From contig CBDFFH010000031.1 of NCBI GenBank assembly GCA_965246715.1, positions 1-31,523 on the forward strand: a stretch of DNA of 31,523 nucleotides, read 5' to 3'. The DNA is from Chamaesiphon sp. (lineage in GTDB: Bacteria > Cyanobacteriota > Cyanobacteriia > Cyanobacteriales > Chamaesiphonaceae). Made by a program: the position numbers and the translations under genes. A model generated the notes under the pieces. The model was not told the DNA's origin. It saw only the letters and a list, made by a program, of their open reading frames with translations, and made no database searches. Positions 19,893 to 28,312 of the stretch are shown here, piece after piece. Every line of letters begins with the position of its first letter. Within the stretch, counting starts at the first letter, position 1.

Positions 19893-20963
19893 TTAAGTCC
19901 AGTAAAGTAGCTCTGCTGTAGGAAACCGCCGTTGAATCTCACTCTCAAAAAAGCGACGTAACTCCTTCATTGTGCTGGCATCGTAAACATATTTCACCCC
20001 ACCAAATTTGTTGCGCTTCATACTGCGCTTGTTCTCATCCAGATCCAACTGCGATTGCGGATACCAAGTTTGCAAGACTTCTTTCGAGCCTGGGGTAAAG
20101 CGGTGAGTAATTAGCTCGAAAGTGAGATCGCAATCGAAGTCGAGTGCTGCACTAATCGAGTCAAACAAGTGAGTGTAATGTTCGCGCCAATCTTCCATTG
20201 CCATAATCGGTGCAATTACCACACCGACGGGGTAACCGCCACCACCTTGACTGCGCGGTAATGCCAACCGTCGCAAGGCCTGTAACCTTGCTGTAACTGA
20301 TGCCGTCCCACCTTCAAATTTTCCCGCCACAGGTGCAGCATTTACGCTCGCACGACAGCGGGTGTGTCCGTTGTGGGGCAAATCGAGGAGATCGTCCACA
20401 GCATCAAACTTAGATACCCAGCGCAGATGCGCGTGCGGACGCGTGCCAAAATAGCGAATACATTCCGCCAGACTACCAGTTAGATGCTCGATGCCGAGCG
20501 GATCGGTATAACAACTGACTTCAAAAGATGTGAATTTATCGCCCTCGTAAGCTGCCAAATTTGCTAAGATTTGCGGTAAGTTGGCAAAAGCGCGAATGAC
20601 TGGTGGACCTGATAAACTACCAGCTAAATAACAGTACTGACAATGTGCCGGACAACCTTCAGCTAAATGAAATTGCCAATCGGCGGATGGTGGAATCGGA
20701 CTGAGTTTGAACGCACTCGGCGGGGCTGTAACAACTGCCAGAGTGCGTTTGCTAGTATTATAAGTCTGACGATCGGTTTCACCTCGCAGACCTGTAATCC
20801 GATTGTGTGGTAATGCGACGATCGGTAAATTCAAAGACTCGACACGGGCTAAAATTTGCTGACCCCACGGTTCGGCTAAAGCGGCTGGAGTAAATAATAC
20901 TCGATCGGGCAGCCACAATCGATCGGCTGGCACTGCCGATTTCACAGCAAGCTGACTTGTCAT
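19893..20963 (-). CDS. Spore photoproduct lyase (SplB)-family radical SAM protein
   Basis: PIPPSADWQFHLAEGCPAHCQYCYL (CxxxCxxC), FEVSCYTDPLGIEHLTGSL, KFGGVKYVY, YWT end. Confidence 0.88.
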   Translation of the reverse strand: MTSQLAVKSAVPADRLWLPDRVLFTPAALAEPWGQQILARVESLNLPIVALPHNRITGLRGETDRQTYNTSKRTLAVVTAPPSAFKLSPIPPSADWQFHLAEGCPAHCQYCYLAGSLSGPPVIRAFANLPQILANLAAYEGDKFTSFEVSCYTDPLGIEHLTGSLAECIRYFGTRPHAHLRWVSKFDAVDDLLDLPHNGHTRCRASVNAAPVAGKFEGGTASVTARLQALRRLALPRSQGGGGYPVGVVIAPIMAMEDWREHYTHLFDSISAALDFDCDLTFELITHRFTPGSKEVLQTWYPQSQLDLDENKRSMKRNKFGGVKYVYDASTMKELRRFFESEIQRRFPTAELLYWT

Positions 20964-21317
20964 ATTGAAGCTAGAGACATGCGGTGTATATCTCTATTTT
21001 AACAACTACTAGCTGGTTTTGGTCTGAGCAACTCAATACCCTATTTAGGAATGAGGATTAAATAACTTACAATTCTAAACAAGGTTGAGGTTTAGCAGTG
21101 TAGTTCCACTGGGGCGGAAAATCATCAAAGAAAATCTCCATTGTCTCCTGAAAATCCGAAGCAACTTTCTTGCCAGTTTGGTAGGTGCGGTCGAAAATAG
21201 TTGTGAACACCTGTAAACCTTTGAGGGTAGTGGCTGTTGCCATAAATTTGGATACTACTGTATTGACACTCTCAAAAATCACGCCTTGCTTGGTGCGCTT
21301 CCATGGTCGGGTTCCCC

Positions 21318-22848
21318 GATTCGTGACAAGTTAAGAAAATCCGAGATTTATCAAGGGGAGAAAGAAAAGATGTCAAACTCTGACTAGCAAAGAGTTAGAA
21401 CCGAGTTTGACCCATGCCCAGAAAGCGGAAAACAAATCGTGACCATGCCCAGCGACAACAACGCCCAATGATGGAAGACGAAGCAATCGCAGCACAACTA
21501 TCAGAGCTAGTCACACCAGCAGTGATTGCCCAAGAAAAAGCCTATCGTCAACTGGGAATGAGGGACAGGATACTGAATCTGCCGCTGATGGTAGCAGCAG
21601 TGCTGACACTAATTTGGCGGGATGTAGCTGGGGTGAGAGAACTAACCAGAATACTCAACAGAGAAGGATTCCGATGGTGTGAAGCCAAACAAGTGAGTCA
21701 ACAGGCCTTGTCACAAAGATTCCTGACATTTCCTGCCGAAATATTTGAGAGCATATTTAAAGGATTACTGCCAGAATTTGAGCGAAAATGGCACAGCCGC
21801 AACCAAAGACCGCTACCGGACAGCATTCAATTTGCCCGCACTAAATTTGAGAAAATTTGGGCTGGTGATGGTTCAACACTGGAAGCAATCTTCAAGAAAT
21901 TGGAGAGTCTAGCAACAGTACCGAACAACCAATTAGCTGGAAAGATCGGAGTAGTTATCGATCTAGTAACTCGACTACCAGTAGAAATTTGGTTTCAGGA
22001 GAATGCTAAAGCTAGTGACATGTGCTTGGTGGAACGCACGCTGAGGAGACCTCAGCGCGATTCCATCCGCAAATTCGAGTCAGACATCCTAAATCTAGTT
22101 AAACCACAGACATTAATATTACTAGATCGAGGCTTCTGTCATTATCAATTTTGGCAACAACTAATCGAAAGTCATGTTCATTTGATTACCCGACTAAATA
22201 ACAAAGCATCATTTTCGGTCGAGCGAGTATTCACCAATAGTTACAGCATCCGTGACCGCATTGTCAAAATGGGTGCTGGAGATCGAAAAACTCCTTGCAT
22301 CACAATGAGGTTGGTGGAAATCAAAGTGGGTAAAGCCTGGTATTCTTACCTGACTTCGGTGCTCGACCCATTGATTTTACCGCCCTATGTAGTTGCCGAT
22401 TTGTATGGCAGAAGGTGGCGAATAGAAGAGGCATTTAATACTGTTAAAAGATTATTAGGCTTGAGTTATATCTGGACGGGTTCACTCAATGGTATTAAAT
22501 TACAACTCTGGGCAACTTGGCTATTTTATGCTGTGTTAGTCGATCTGGGTGATGCTGTCGCTGATGAGGTATCTCTTCCGTTCGACCGGATTTCTTTGGA
22601 GATGATCTATCGTGGTCTCTATCATTTCTATGTTGCCCATCACAAAGGTTTAGCTACTGACCCGATTAAATATTTTGCGGCTCCCGAAAATAGAGATTTG
22701 GGAATTATTAAATCTATCCGCAAACCATTCAAGAAATTGATTATCGATCCCTTCCCAGCACGAGTGAGCAGGGAAGGGTCATTATTTTTTGAGCCATCCG
22801 CTCAAACCTGCTTGACAACTGCGCTTGCGCCTTAACTTGTCACGAATC
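21318..22848 (+). mobile_element. IS4-family insertion sequence
   Basis: 18-bp inverted repeat GATTCGTGACAAGTTAAG / CTTAACTTGTCACGAATC around the transposase; no target duplication seen. Confidence 0.9.
21414..22835 (+). CDS. IS4-family DDE transposase with an apparent in-frame ~16-aa insert
   Basis: GDGSTL, LLDRGF, YGRRWRIEEAFNTVKR (YREK motif). Confidence 0.92.
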   Translation: MPRKRKTNRDHAQRQQRPMMEDEAIAAQLSELVTPAVIAQEKAYRQLGMRDRILNLPLMVAAVLTLIWRDVAGVRELTRILNREGFRWCEAKQVSQQALSQRFLTFPAEIFESIFKGLLPEFERKWHSRNQRPLPDSIQFARTKFEKIWAGDGSTLEAIFKKLESLATVPNNQLAGKIGVVIDLVTRLPVEIWFQENAKASDMCLVERTLRRPQRDSIRKFESDILNLVKPQTLILLDRGFCHYQFWQQLIESHVHLITRLNNKASFSVERVFTNSYSIRDRIVKMGAGDRKTPCITMRLVEIKVGKAWYSYLTSVLDPLILPPYVVADLYGRRWRIEEAFNTVKRLLGLSYIWTGSLNGIKLQLWATWLFYAVLVDLGDAVADEVSLPFDRISLEMIYRGLYHFYVAHHKGLATDPIKYFAAPENRDLGIIKSIRKPFKKLIIDPFPARVSREGSLFFEPSAQTCLTTALAP

Positions 22849-23174
22849 ACTAATGGCTGTTGAATGGCTAATAAACGCCTTAAAACAGTACAAGAGTTTT
22901 AAACTGAGAATTGCTGACAATTTCCCGATCTGCCCTAGCCCCCCGTAACCTAATTTAGTTGCCTCAATCGCTGCGTACCGCCGACGGTCTTTTTCTGATA
23001 GCGATTCATAGTATGATTTCATCTGTTCTTCTGTACTGGAAATTTCCGGTGTTTCCAAGTCTCTGCTCCTCTGTCCACTATTTTTCTAGTCTCTTAACAG
23101 TTTTGCACTTTATTTAATCCTCATTCCTAAAGAAATGCGATTTTTCACAATTGTGTGTTTTTCCCGAATTTAAC

Positions 23175-25001
23175 ATGTCATATCAACTCAGACCTTATCA
23201 AAATGCTCTAATCGCCAAAATCGTTGATGCTTGGCAGCGCCACAAACGCCGCATCATTGCCGTCGCCCCCACTGGCTCGGGGAAAACGATCGTTTTCGCC
23301 AAACTGATCGAACAATACCTGAGTAAAAACAACAAACAAGTCCTCGTCGTCGCCCACCGTGAAGAATTAATTCTCCAAGCCCAGGATAAAATCGCCAATC
23401 TCACTGATACTCCGATCGGCATCATCAAATACGGTTATACCCCCAATCTCGATGCGCCGATTCAAATCGCCTCGATTCAATCCCTAGCTCGCAACCTCGC
23501 AGAAATTGAAATTAACCCGCACCTGATCGTCATCGATGAAGTCCACCATGCCGCTAGCGACTCCTATCGCGCTCTGCTCGATAAATTCCCCACTAGTTAC
23601 GTGCTGGGCATGACGGCTACTCCCGTCCGCACCGATGGGCGTGGCTTCGACGATCTATTTGACGAACTGATCGTCAGTGCTAGCGTTGCCGAACTAATTA
23701 AACTCGGCTATCTAGCTCCATTCAAAATCTTTGGTGCCAAACTAATTCAGATTAAAGATCCCAAAATTCGCTATGGCGATTACGATCGACAAAGCTTAAT
23801 CGATGAGATCGATCGCTCCTTGATCTACGGCGATTTAGTTGCGGCTTACCAAAAATATGCCCCAAATACTAAAACGGTGGTCTTCTGTGTCGATATCGCC
23901 CACTCCGAGCAAACCGCTGCCGCTTACCTCGCCGCTGGAATTGCCGCCGAGCATATTGATGGGGAAGTAGATTACCAGGAACGTAAAGCCATTCTCGACA
24001 GGTTTCGCTCTGGTGAAACTCAAGTCCTGACTAACTGCGAACTCATCCTGGAAGGTTTCGATTTAGATGACATTCAGACCGTCCAAATCGTGCGTCCGAC
24101 AGCCAGCCTCGCCCTCTATCTCCAAACGATCGGGCGGGTCTTGCGAACTCATCCCGATAAACCCTATGCTACGATTATCGACCATACACCCAATATTGCC
24201 CTGTTTGGACTTCCCGACCACCCACATCAGTGGAGTCTGGCACCGACACCCGCCCCGTTGAGTCGATGGGTACAGAAATGTCCCCGCTGCGACCATATTT
24301 TTCGGTGTACTACCAGCGAGAGTAAAGTGACTCGGAAAACACGGGCGGGCATTCCCAGACAGTATGGGATGACGATTTGTCCCTGTTGTCAGACGCGATT
24401 TGAGTTCTTGATCGAGCGCAGTGGATTATTATTTAATGCGGGGATTCCCCAACGGATCGTGACTGAGGTGGCGAATACGACAATTGTCGAACTGGGTACC
24501 AAAAATCTGCCCAAACTGACCCCAGGTAAGCCCGCTCAGATTGCGCAAACGATCGTTGCTCGGACGGTAAGCTGTATTCATGCCGACCAACTCAAAATCA
24601 TTACCAATATTATCGAGAGTAGTGGGAGTAGTAAGATTGCTGTAGATACCATCGGTCAATTGTCGATTACTGAAGATTTTGGCTTTGCTCATTGGCAATA
24701 TATCGGCGCCAAAGTCGGTTATAAGTCCAACTGGGCTAAGACCGCATTTTATAAATATACTTTCAGGAAACGATTGAAGATTAGAACCGATCGACCGGAT
24801 GCTGGGTTAACGCTAATTTATGCGATCTCCCCTACAGTACCGACCGAACCCATCTTGCACCCTGAAAACTGGACGAGCGAACGGGACTCAGCCGAGAATT
24901 ATATTCGGTTCTCTCTCACTCAGGGCAAGAGATATCATCTGGTTCCACTGATCAGAACTGAATCTGGGGACTGGGTACTTGCTATGCAACCTGCTAGTTA
25001 A
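23175..25001 (+). CDS. SF2 DEAD/DEAH-box helicase, phage/plasmid type, with Zn ribbon
   Basis: LRPYQ, APTGSGKT, AHREELILQ, DEVHH, GMTATP, EGFD, QTIGRVLR, CPRC...CPCC, GYKSNWA. Confidence 0.9.
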   Translation: MSYQLRPYQNALIAKIVDAWQRHKRRIIAVAPTGSGKTIVFAKLIEQYLSKNNKQVLVVAHREELILQAQDKIANLTDTPIGIIKYGYTPNLDAPIQIASIQSLARNLAEIEINPHLIVIDEVHHAASDSYRALLDKFPTSYVLGMTATPVRTDGRGFDDLFDELIVSASVAELIKLGYLAPFKIFGAKLIQIKDPKIRYGDYDRQSLIDEIDRSLIYGDLVAAYQKYAPNTKTVVFCVDIAHSEQTAAAYLAAGIAAEHIDGEVDYQERKAILDRFRSGETQVLTNCELILEGFDLDDIQTVQIVRPTASLALYLQTIGRVLRTHPDKPYATIIDHTPNIALFGLPDHPHQWSLAPTPAPLSRWVQKCPRCDHIFRCTTSESKVTRKTRAGIPRQYGMTICPCCQTRFEFLIERSGLLFNAGIPQRIVTEVANTTIVELGTKNLPKLTPGKPAQIAQTIVARTVSCIHADQLKIITNIIESSGSSKIAVDTIGQLSITEDFGFAHWQYIGAKVGYKSNWAKTAFYKYTFRKRLKIRTDRPDAGLTLIYAISPTVPTEPILHPENWTSERDSAENYIRFSLTQGKRYHLVPLIRTESGDWVLAMQPAS

Positions 25002-25007
25002 GATTAG

Positions 25008-25288
25008 AGTGTAGGGTAGTGCAGGGTAGTGCACGAGGCTGTGCAGGGTTCAAATCCTTGTCCAGCCTCATTCGTGTAGGGTATGTAGGGCTGTTGTACT
25101 TTCCTTCTACATTATCTACTTTTTATCATTTATATCTGTTTTGGCTGTTGATAATTTATTTAGTTTTAGATTATTTTCTGCTAATTTTTCTTAGGAATAA
25201 GAATACCCTACATACCCTACACTATCTATACTAGACATGGGTTTTAACCCTACACTCGACCCTACACAACCCTGCACTACCCTACACT
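25008..25288. repeat. Nested inverted-repeat array of TGYAGGG heptamers around an AT-rich core (origin-like)
   Basis: Perfect 20-bp IR (25008-25027 / 25269-25288) and 17-bp IR (25074-25090 / 25206-25222); 5 forward and 6 reverse heptamers. Confidence 0.85.
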
Positions 25289-25327
25289 GTTTGCCTAATT
25301 AGCTGCTTTTCAAGCTGTTTTACTCGA

Positions 25328-25351
25328 CCTGCTCAAGGCAGCGCTTCGCTA
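25328..25351. mobile_element. SDR-like 24-nt insert in a CGATCG site
   Basis: CGA[CCTGCTCAAGGCAGCGCTTCGCTA]TCG. Confidence 0.65.
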
Positions 25352-25585
25352 TCGTCAGCCAGAAATCTCCGCCCACCACTCCAATCGAACACTGGGCAGA
25401 GAATCAGTTTTAAGGTTTTTCTACTCCTTCGACTACTACTTTACTCTTATCGCACTATCCTCTCCCGCAAGTCGTGGGTTCCCTACACCAGATTACTCGC
25501 CAGATATTTAGCGGTCGAATGTGCCTTCTCAATCGTCCTCGGTCTTGGCCATTTCCGCCCAGCGTGGCAAGTTTTCACAGGTCTT

Positions 25586-25804
25586 CTAATTTTCTCCCTG
25601 CTCTATAAGGTTTTCGAGCTGTTCAGTTGTCAACTTTACTACGATCGTCAAGGCATCTGGTTCCAAAGCGGTTTCTTGCCCTGGGATAAGGGACTCGTGG
25701 GGATTGATTGGGTCGATACTCAAGGGTGCCTCTGCTCTGTCGGATTTCGGAGCTGGTTGTCTCGCTCTTACCAGCTCGTTATTAACGATCGCTTTAACAA
25801 TCAT
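25586..25804 (-). CDS. Hypothetical protein
   Basis: 72-aa ATG ORF co-oriented with the par genes; no recognised motif. Confidence 0.35.
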   Translation of the reverse strand: MIVKAIVNNELVRARQPAPKSDRAEAPLSIDPINPHESLIPGQETALEPDALTIVVKLTTEQLENLIEQGEN

Positions 25805-26015
25805 AGTAAATTTGTACTCAATGACATGACTAATGGGCGTAATACTTGTATTGCCATTAATGCCCTACATCAAGATTTTCTCCGATCTCGTTAAAACTTA
25901 CTAGCTACTAAATTAGAAAAAAAACATGAATGATTTTGCGAAGAAGTTAGAAGCAATCTTGACTTAGGATCGACCTCCAATCACTCGCTTGCCGTCAGTC
26001 ATTCTTTTTCTTCCG

Positions 26016-26627
26016 TTATCTTTGCTCTTGTCGTTTGAGTAATGATTTGACTGCGCGATCGGGCGATTTATCCGCACGTTCTAACCATTGCGCGATCGCC
26101 TCTTCCACTAAGATCTCTTTATAGGGAGCGTTACGTTTGCCCATCTCGATCTGTAACTGCAAATGGTATCGGTCTAAAGCTTCTAGTATGGCTGCATCTA
26201 CTTGAAATGTAGCTTTCCGAATTATTGGCTTGCTGACTTGTTGACTTCCTACCTTCTCGGATTGTTGACTTGCTAACTTCTCAGACTCCAATCGATCGCT
26301 CAATAGTTCTAGCTCATTGACTTTCTGAATTCCTGGCTTGTTAGGTTCTTGACTTGTTAATACTGGATTTTCAACTTGTTGACTTGTTGACTTTCTAACT
26401 TCCTCGGTTGCTATATTGTCTCGACCGTCTAGCTTGCTAGATTGCTTACTGGTTGTCTTGTTAGATTGTTGACTTTCCAACTTGTTGACTTGCTCGGAAG
26501 TTACTTGGCGTTCTTCCGGTTCAGATAGTTGGCTTGCTGACTTGTTAACTTGTTCGTATCCCGCAAGCACTCCATCTGTAGCTGTCAAAGGATTGCGGTC
26601 TGTAATTCTTGCTCTTTTAGTTGCCAT
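26016..26627 (-). CDS. Putative ParA partner (centromere-binding protein) with low-complexity S/Q/K/V linker
   Basis: Starts 2 nt after the parA stop; C-terminal IRKATFQVDAAILEALDRY...KEILVEEAI resembles a ribbon-helix-helix fold. Confidence 0.65.
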   Translation of the reverse strand: MATKRARITDRNPLTATDGVLAGYEQVNKSASQLSEPEERQVTSEQVNKLESQQSNKTTSKQSSKLDGRDNIATEEVRKSTSQQVENPVLTSQEPNKPGIQKVNELELLSDRLESEKLASQQSEKVGSQQVSKPIIRKATFQVDAAILEALDRYHLQLQIEMGKRNAPYKEILVEEAIAQWLERADKSPDRAVKSLLKRQEQR

Positions 26628-26629
26628 AA

Positions 26630-27385
26630 CTATACCTCGACTCCCGATTCTAATAATTTGATAATTGCTAGATATGGTTCGATCAGTTTTGGATCTTGGG
26701 TATAGAGATGAATTGGCAATCCCGCCACATTCGATTCGGAGAATTTAACCGACTTGGGAATGGGGTCGAAAATCCGCACATCTTCGAGATCGTTAGTAAG
26801 GGCAGCGAGAATATCCTGAGTCATCACCGTGTTTTTTTCGGCCATCGTTGGCAGTACTCCCAAGATCTTCAAGTTGGGGTTGAGGCGTTTTTTCACACTT
26901 TGAATCGTTTCTAGTAAGGCAGCTAAACCCTTGAGTGCGAAAAATTGACACTGCACCGGAATTAAGATCGCATCTGCTGTCGTCAGCGCATTGATCGTTA
27001 GTAGTCCCAAACTGGGAGGACAATCGATCAGGATATGTTGATATTTGCCCTTGACTTCTTCTAAGGCATCTCGCAACAGATAGAAATTACCCACTTTAGA
27101 CAAAATTTCGGGTTCGCCTTTAGCAAGATTAATATCTGCTGGAATCAGATCTGAGCCTGACTTTGTTGTGACAATTACTGATGCTGCTGGGGTGCGTTCG
27201 GTAATGACTTCATACGTCGTTAACTGGTTGTCGGCTAACTCTACCCCTAGCCCAGTAGTTAAATTTCCTTGGGGGTCGAGATCGATGGCGAGGGTCGAGC
27301 CTCGTGCTGCCAATAATCCACCCAGTCCAATCGTGGTCGTAGTTTTAGCTACGCCACCTTTTTGGTTCGCGAGTGCGACAATCAT
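26630..27385 (-). CDS. parA: ParA/Soj family ATPase (type Ib-like, no N-terminal HTH)
   Basis: NQKGGVAKTTT, DLDPQGNLT, ILIDCPPSLG, ILIPVQCQFFAL; AGGAGG RBS. Confidence 0.92.
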   Translation of the reverse strand: MIVALANQKGGVAKTTTTIGLGGLLAARGSTLAIDLDPQGNLTTGLGVELADNQLTTYEVITERTPAASVIVTTKSGSDLIPADINLAKGEPEILSKVGNFYLLRDALEEVKGKYQHILIDCPPSLGLLTINALTTADAILIPVQCQFFALKGLAALLETIQSVKKRLNPNLKILGVLPTMAEKNTVMTQDILAALTNDLEDVRIFDPIPKSVKFSESNVAGLPIHLYTQDPKLIEPYLAIIKLLESGVEV

Positions 27386-27399
27386 CTCTACCTCCTATT

Positions 27400-27432
27400 A
27401 AAACAAGTTGACTGGTTAACAAGTTAACTTGT
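27400..27432. promoter_or_regulatory. Putative parS/operator repeats upstream of parA
   Basis: AAACAAGTTGACTGGTTAACAAGTTAACTTGT: the same ACAAGT/ACTTGT units as in the partner gene, including the palindrome ACAAGTTAACTTGT. Confidence 0.5.
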
Positions 27433-27871
27433 CCCTGTGCATTATGTCAACGGCTGATGATTTTTGAATAACTAGCGATCGATCTTTGTGCGCCGTTGAA
27501 ACCATCTCCCTTACAGCTTTCTAGCCTCCTAAGCTGCCTTTTTGTGCGCTTGTAAAACTACGTCCTCAAACCAGCAGGAATCAAAACCGAAGTCTACACG
27601 GCACTGGGTATATTCGCTGCCTCTAGGGGTCGTTTTTACCCGAATTTCGACGATCGTTCCTGTCCGCCCCAACTTTTCGGTGGTCACTCGATCTCTTCGA
27701 CCTTACCTCCCTTACCTACTCGTAAAGAGCTGGTTGACTGACAAAAATCAATCAACCAGGGCATGTGCCACCTACCCCCCTTTTCAAACACCCTCTAAGA
27801 CAAATCTAAAATTTCCAGCAGAGAGAAAGAGCTTTGCGGCATACTATGATAATGAAGTACAAAGGAGACTT

Positions 27872-28312
27872 ATGCCAGATCCAGTTACCACCATGACCGC
27901 TAGCGCGATCGCTACTCTTGCCTTTCAAGAGTTTGTGAAGTCTGGGGCGGGAGAACTCGCGAAGAAGTTCACCACAGAAGCGATTGCCAAGATGGGGCAG
28001 TTGCGCGAATTGATTTGGAAACGTTTGGCGGGGAAGCATCCGGCGGCTGATGTGGCGATCGAGAAGGCTACGGCTGGCGAACAGGAAGGGATTGATACGG
28101 TGGCAACTTTTTTAGGTGTGGAGTTGTTAGATCGGGAGTTTGCTGGGCAGGTACAGGCGATCGCTCATGAAATCAATGCTGGGGAGTTGTTAGACCAAAG
28201 TTCGATGATTCAGAACAATTACTATAATGCCAAGGGCTGGCAGACAAAGGTGGAGGGTGGAACTGCTTATATTGGCGAAATTCATATTTCAGAAAAGCGG
28301 TCTGATACTTAA
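27872..28312 (+). CDS. Small helical (Bell/HeLo-like) effector with C-terminal putative amyloid signalling motif
   Basis: AGGAG RBS and ATG 27872. Hydrophobic/amphipathic N-terminal helices (MPDPVTTMTASAIATLAF..LRELIWKRL); C-terminal MIQNNYYNAKGWQTKVEGGTAYIGEIHI. Confidence 0.75.
   Translation: MPDPVTTMTASAIATLAFQEFVKSGAGELAKKFTTEAIAKMGQLRELIWKRLAGKHPAADVAIEKATAGEQEGIDTVATFLGVELLDREFAGQVQAIAHEINAGELLDQSSMIQNNYYNAKGWQTKVEGGTAYIGEIHISEKRSDT

Larger units (their letters stand above)
21044..23131 (-). mobile_element. ISAzo13-family element remnant, internally deleted and interrupted by IS4
   Basis: 22-bp perfect inverted repeat TTTAGGAATGAGGATTAAATAA (21044-21065 / 23110-23131). Transposase N-term LSEKDRRRYAAIEATKLGYGG (~22940-23058) and C-term QGVIFES..GLQVFTTIFDRTYQTGKK..PQWNY (21067-~21288). 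Confidence 0.8.

Noticed and set aside
25019..25234. 71-aa hydrophobic ORF as a membrane toxin
   Set aside because: It is a by-product of the T-rich core of the inverted-repeat array.
27480..27860. Possible oriT or ncRNA between parA and the effector gene
   Set aside because: No recognisable nic motif, strong hairpin or relaxase gene to support it.
27542..27871. N-terminal 110 aa of the 256-aa ORF
   Set aside because: A strong AGGAG RBS and ATG at 27872 mark the real start; the upstream part looks intergenic.
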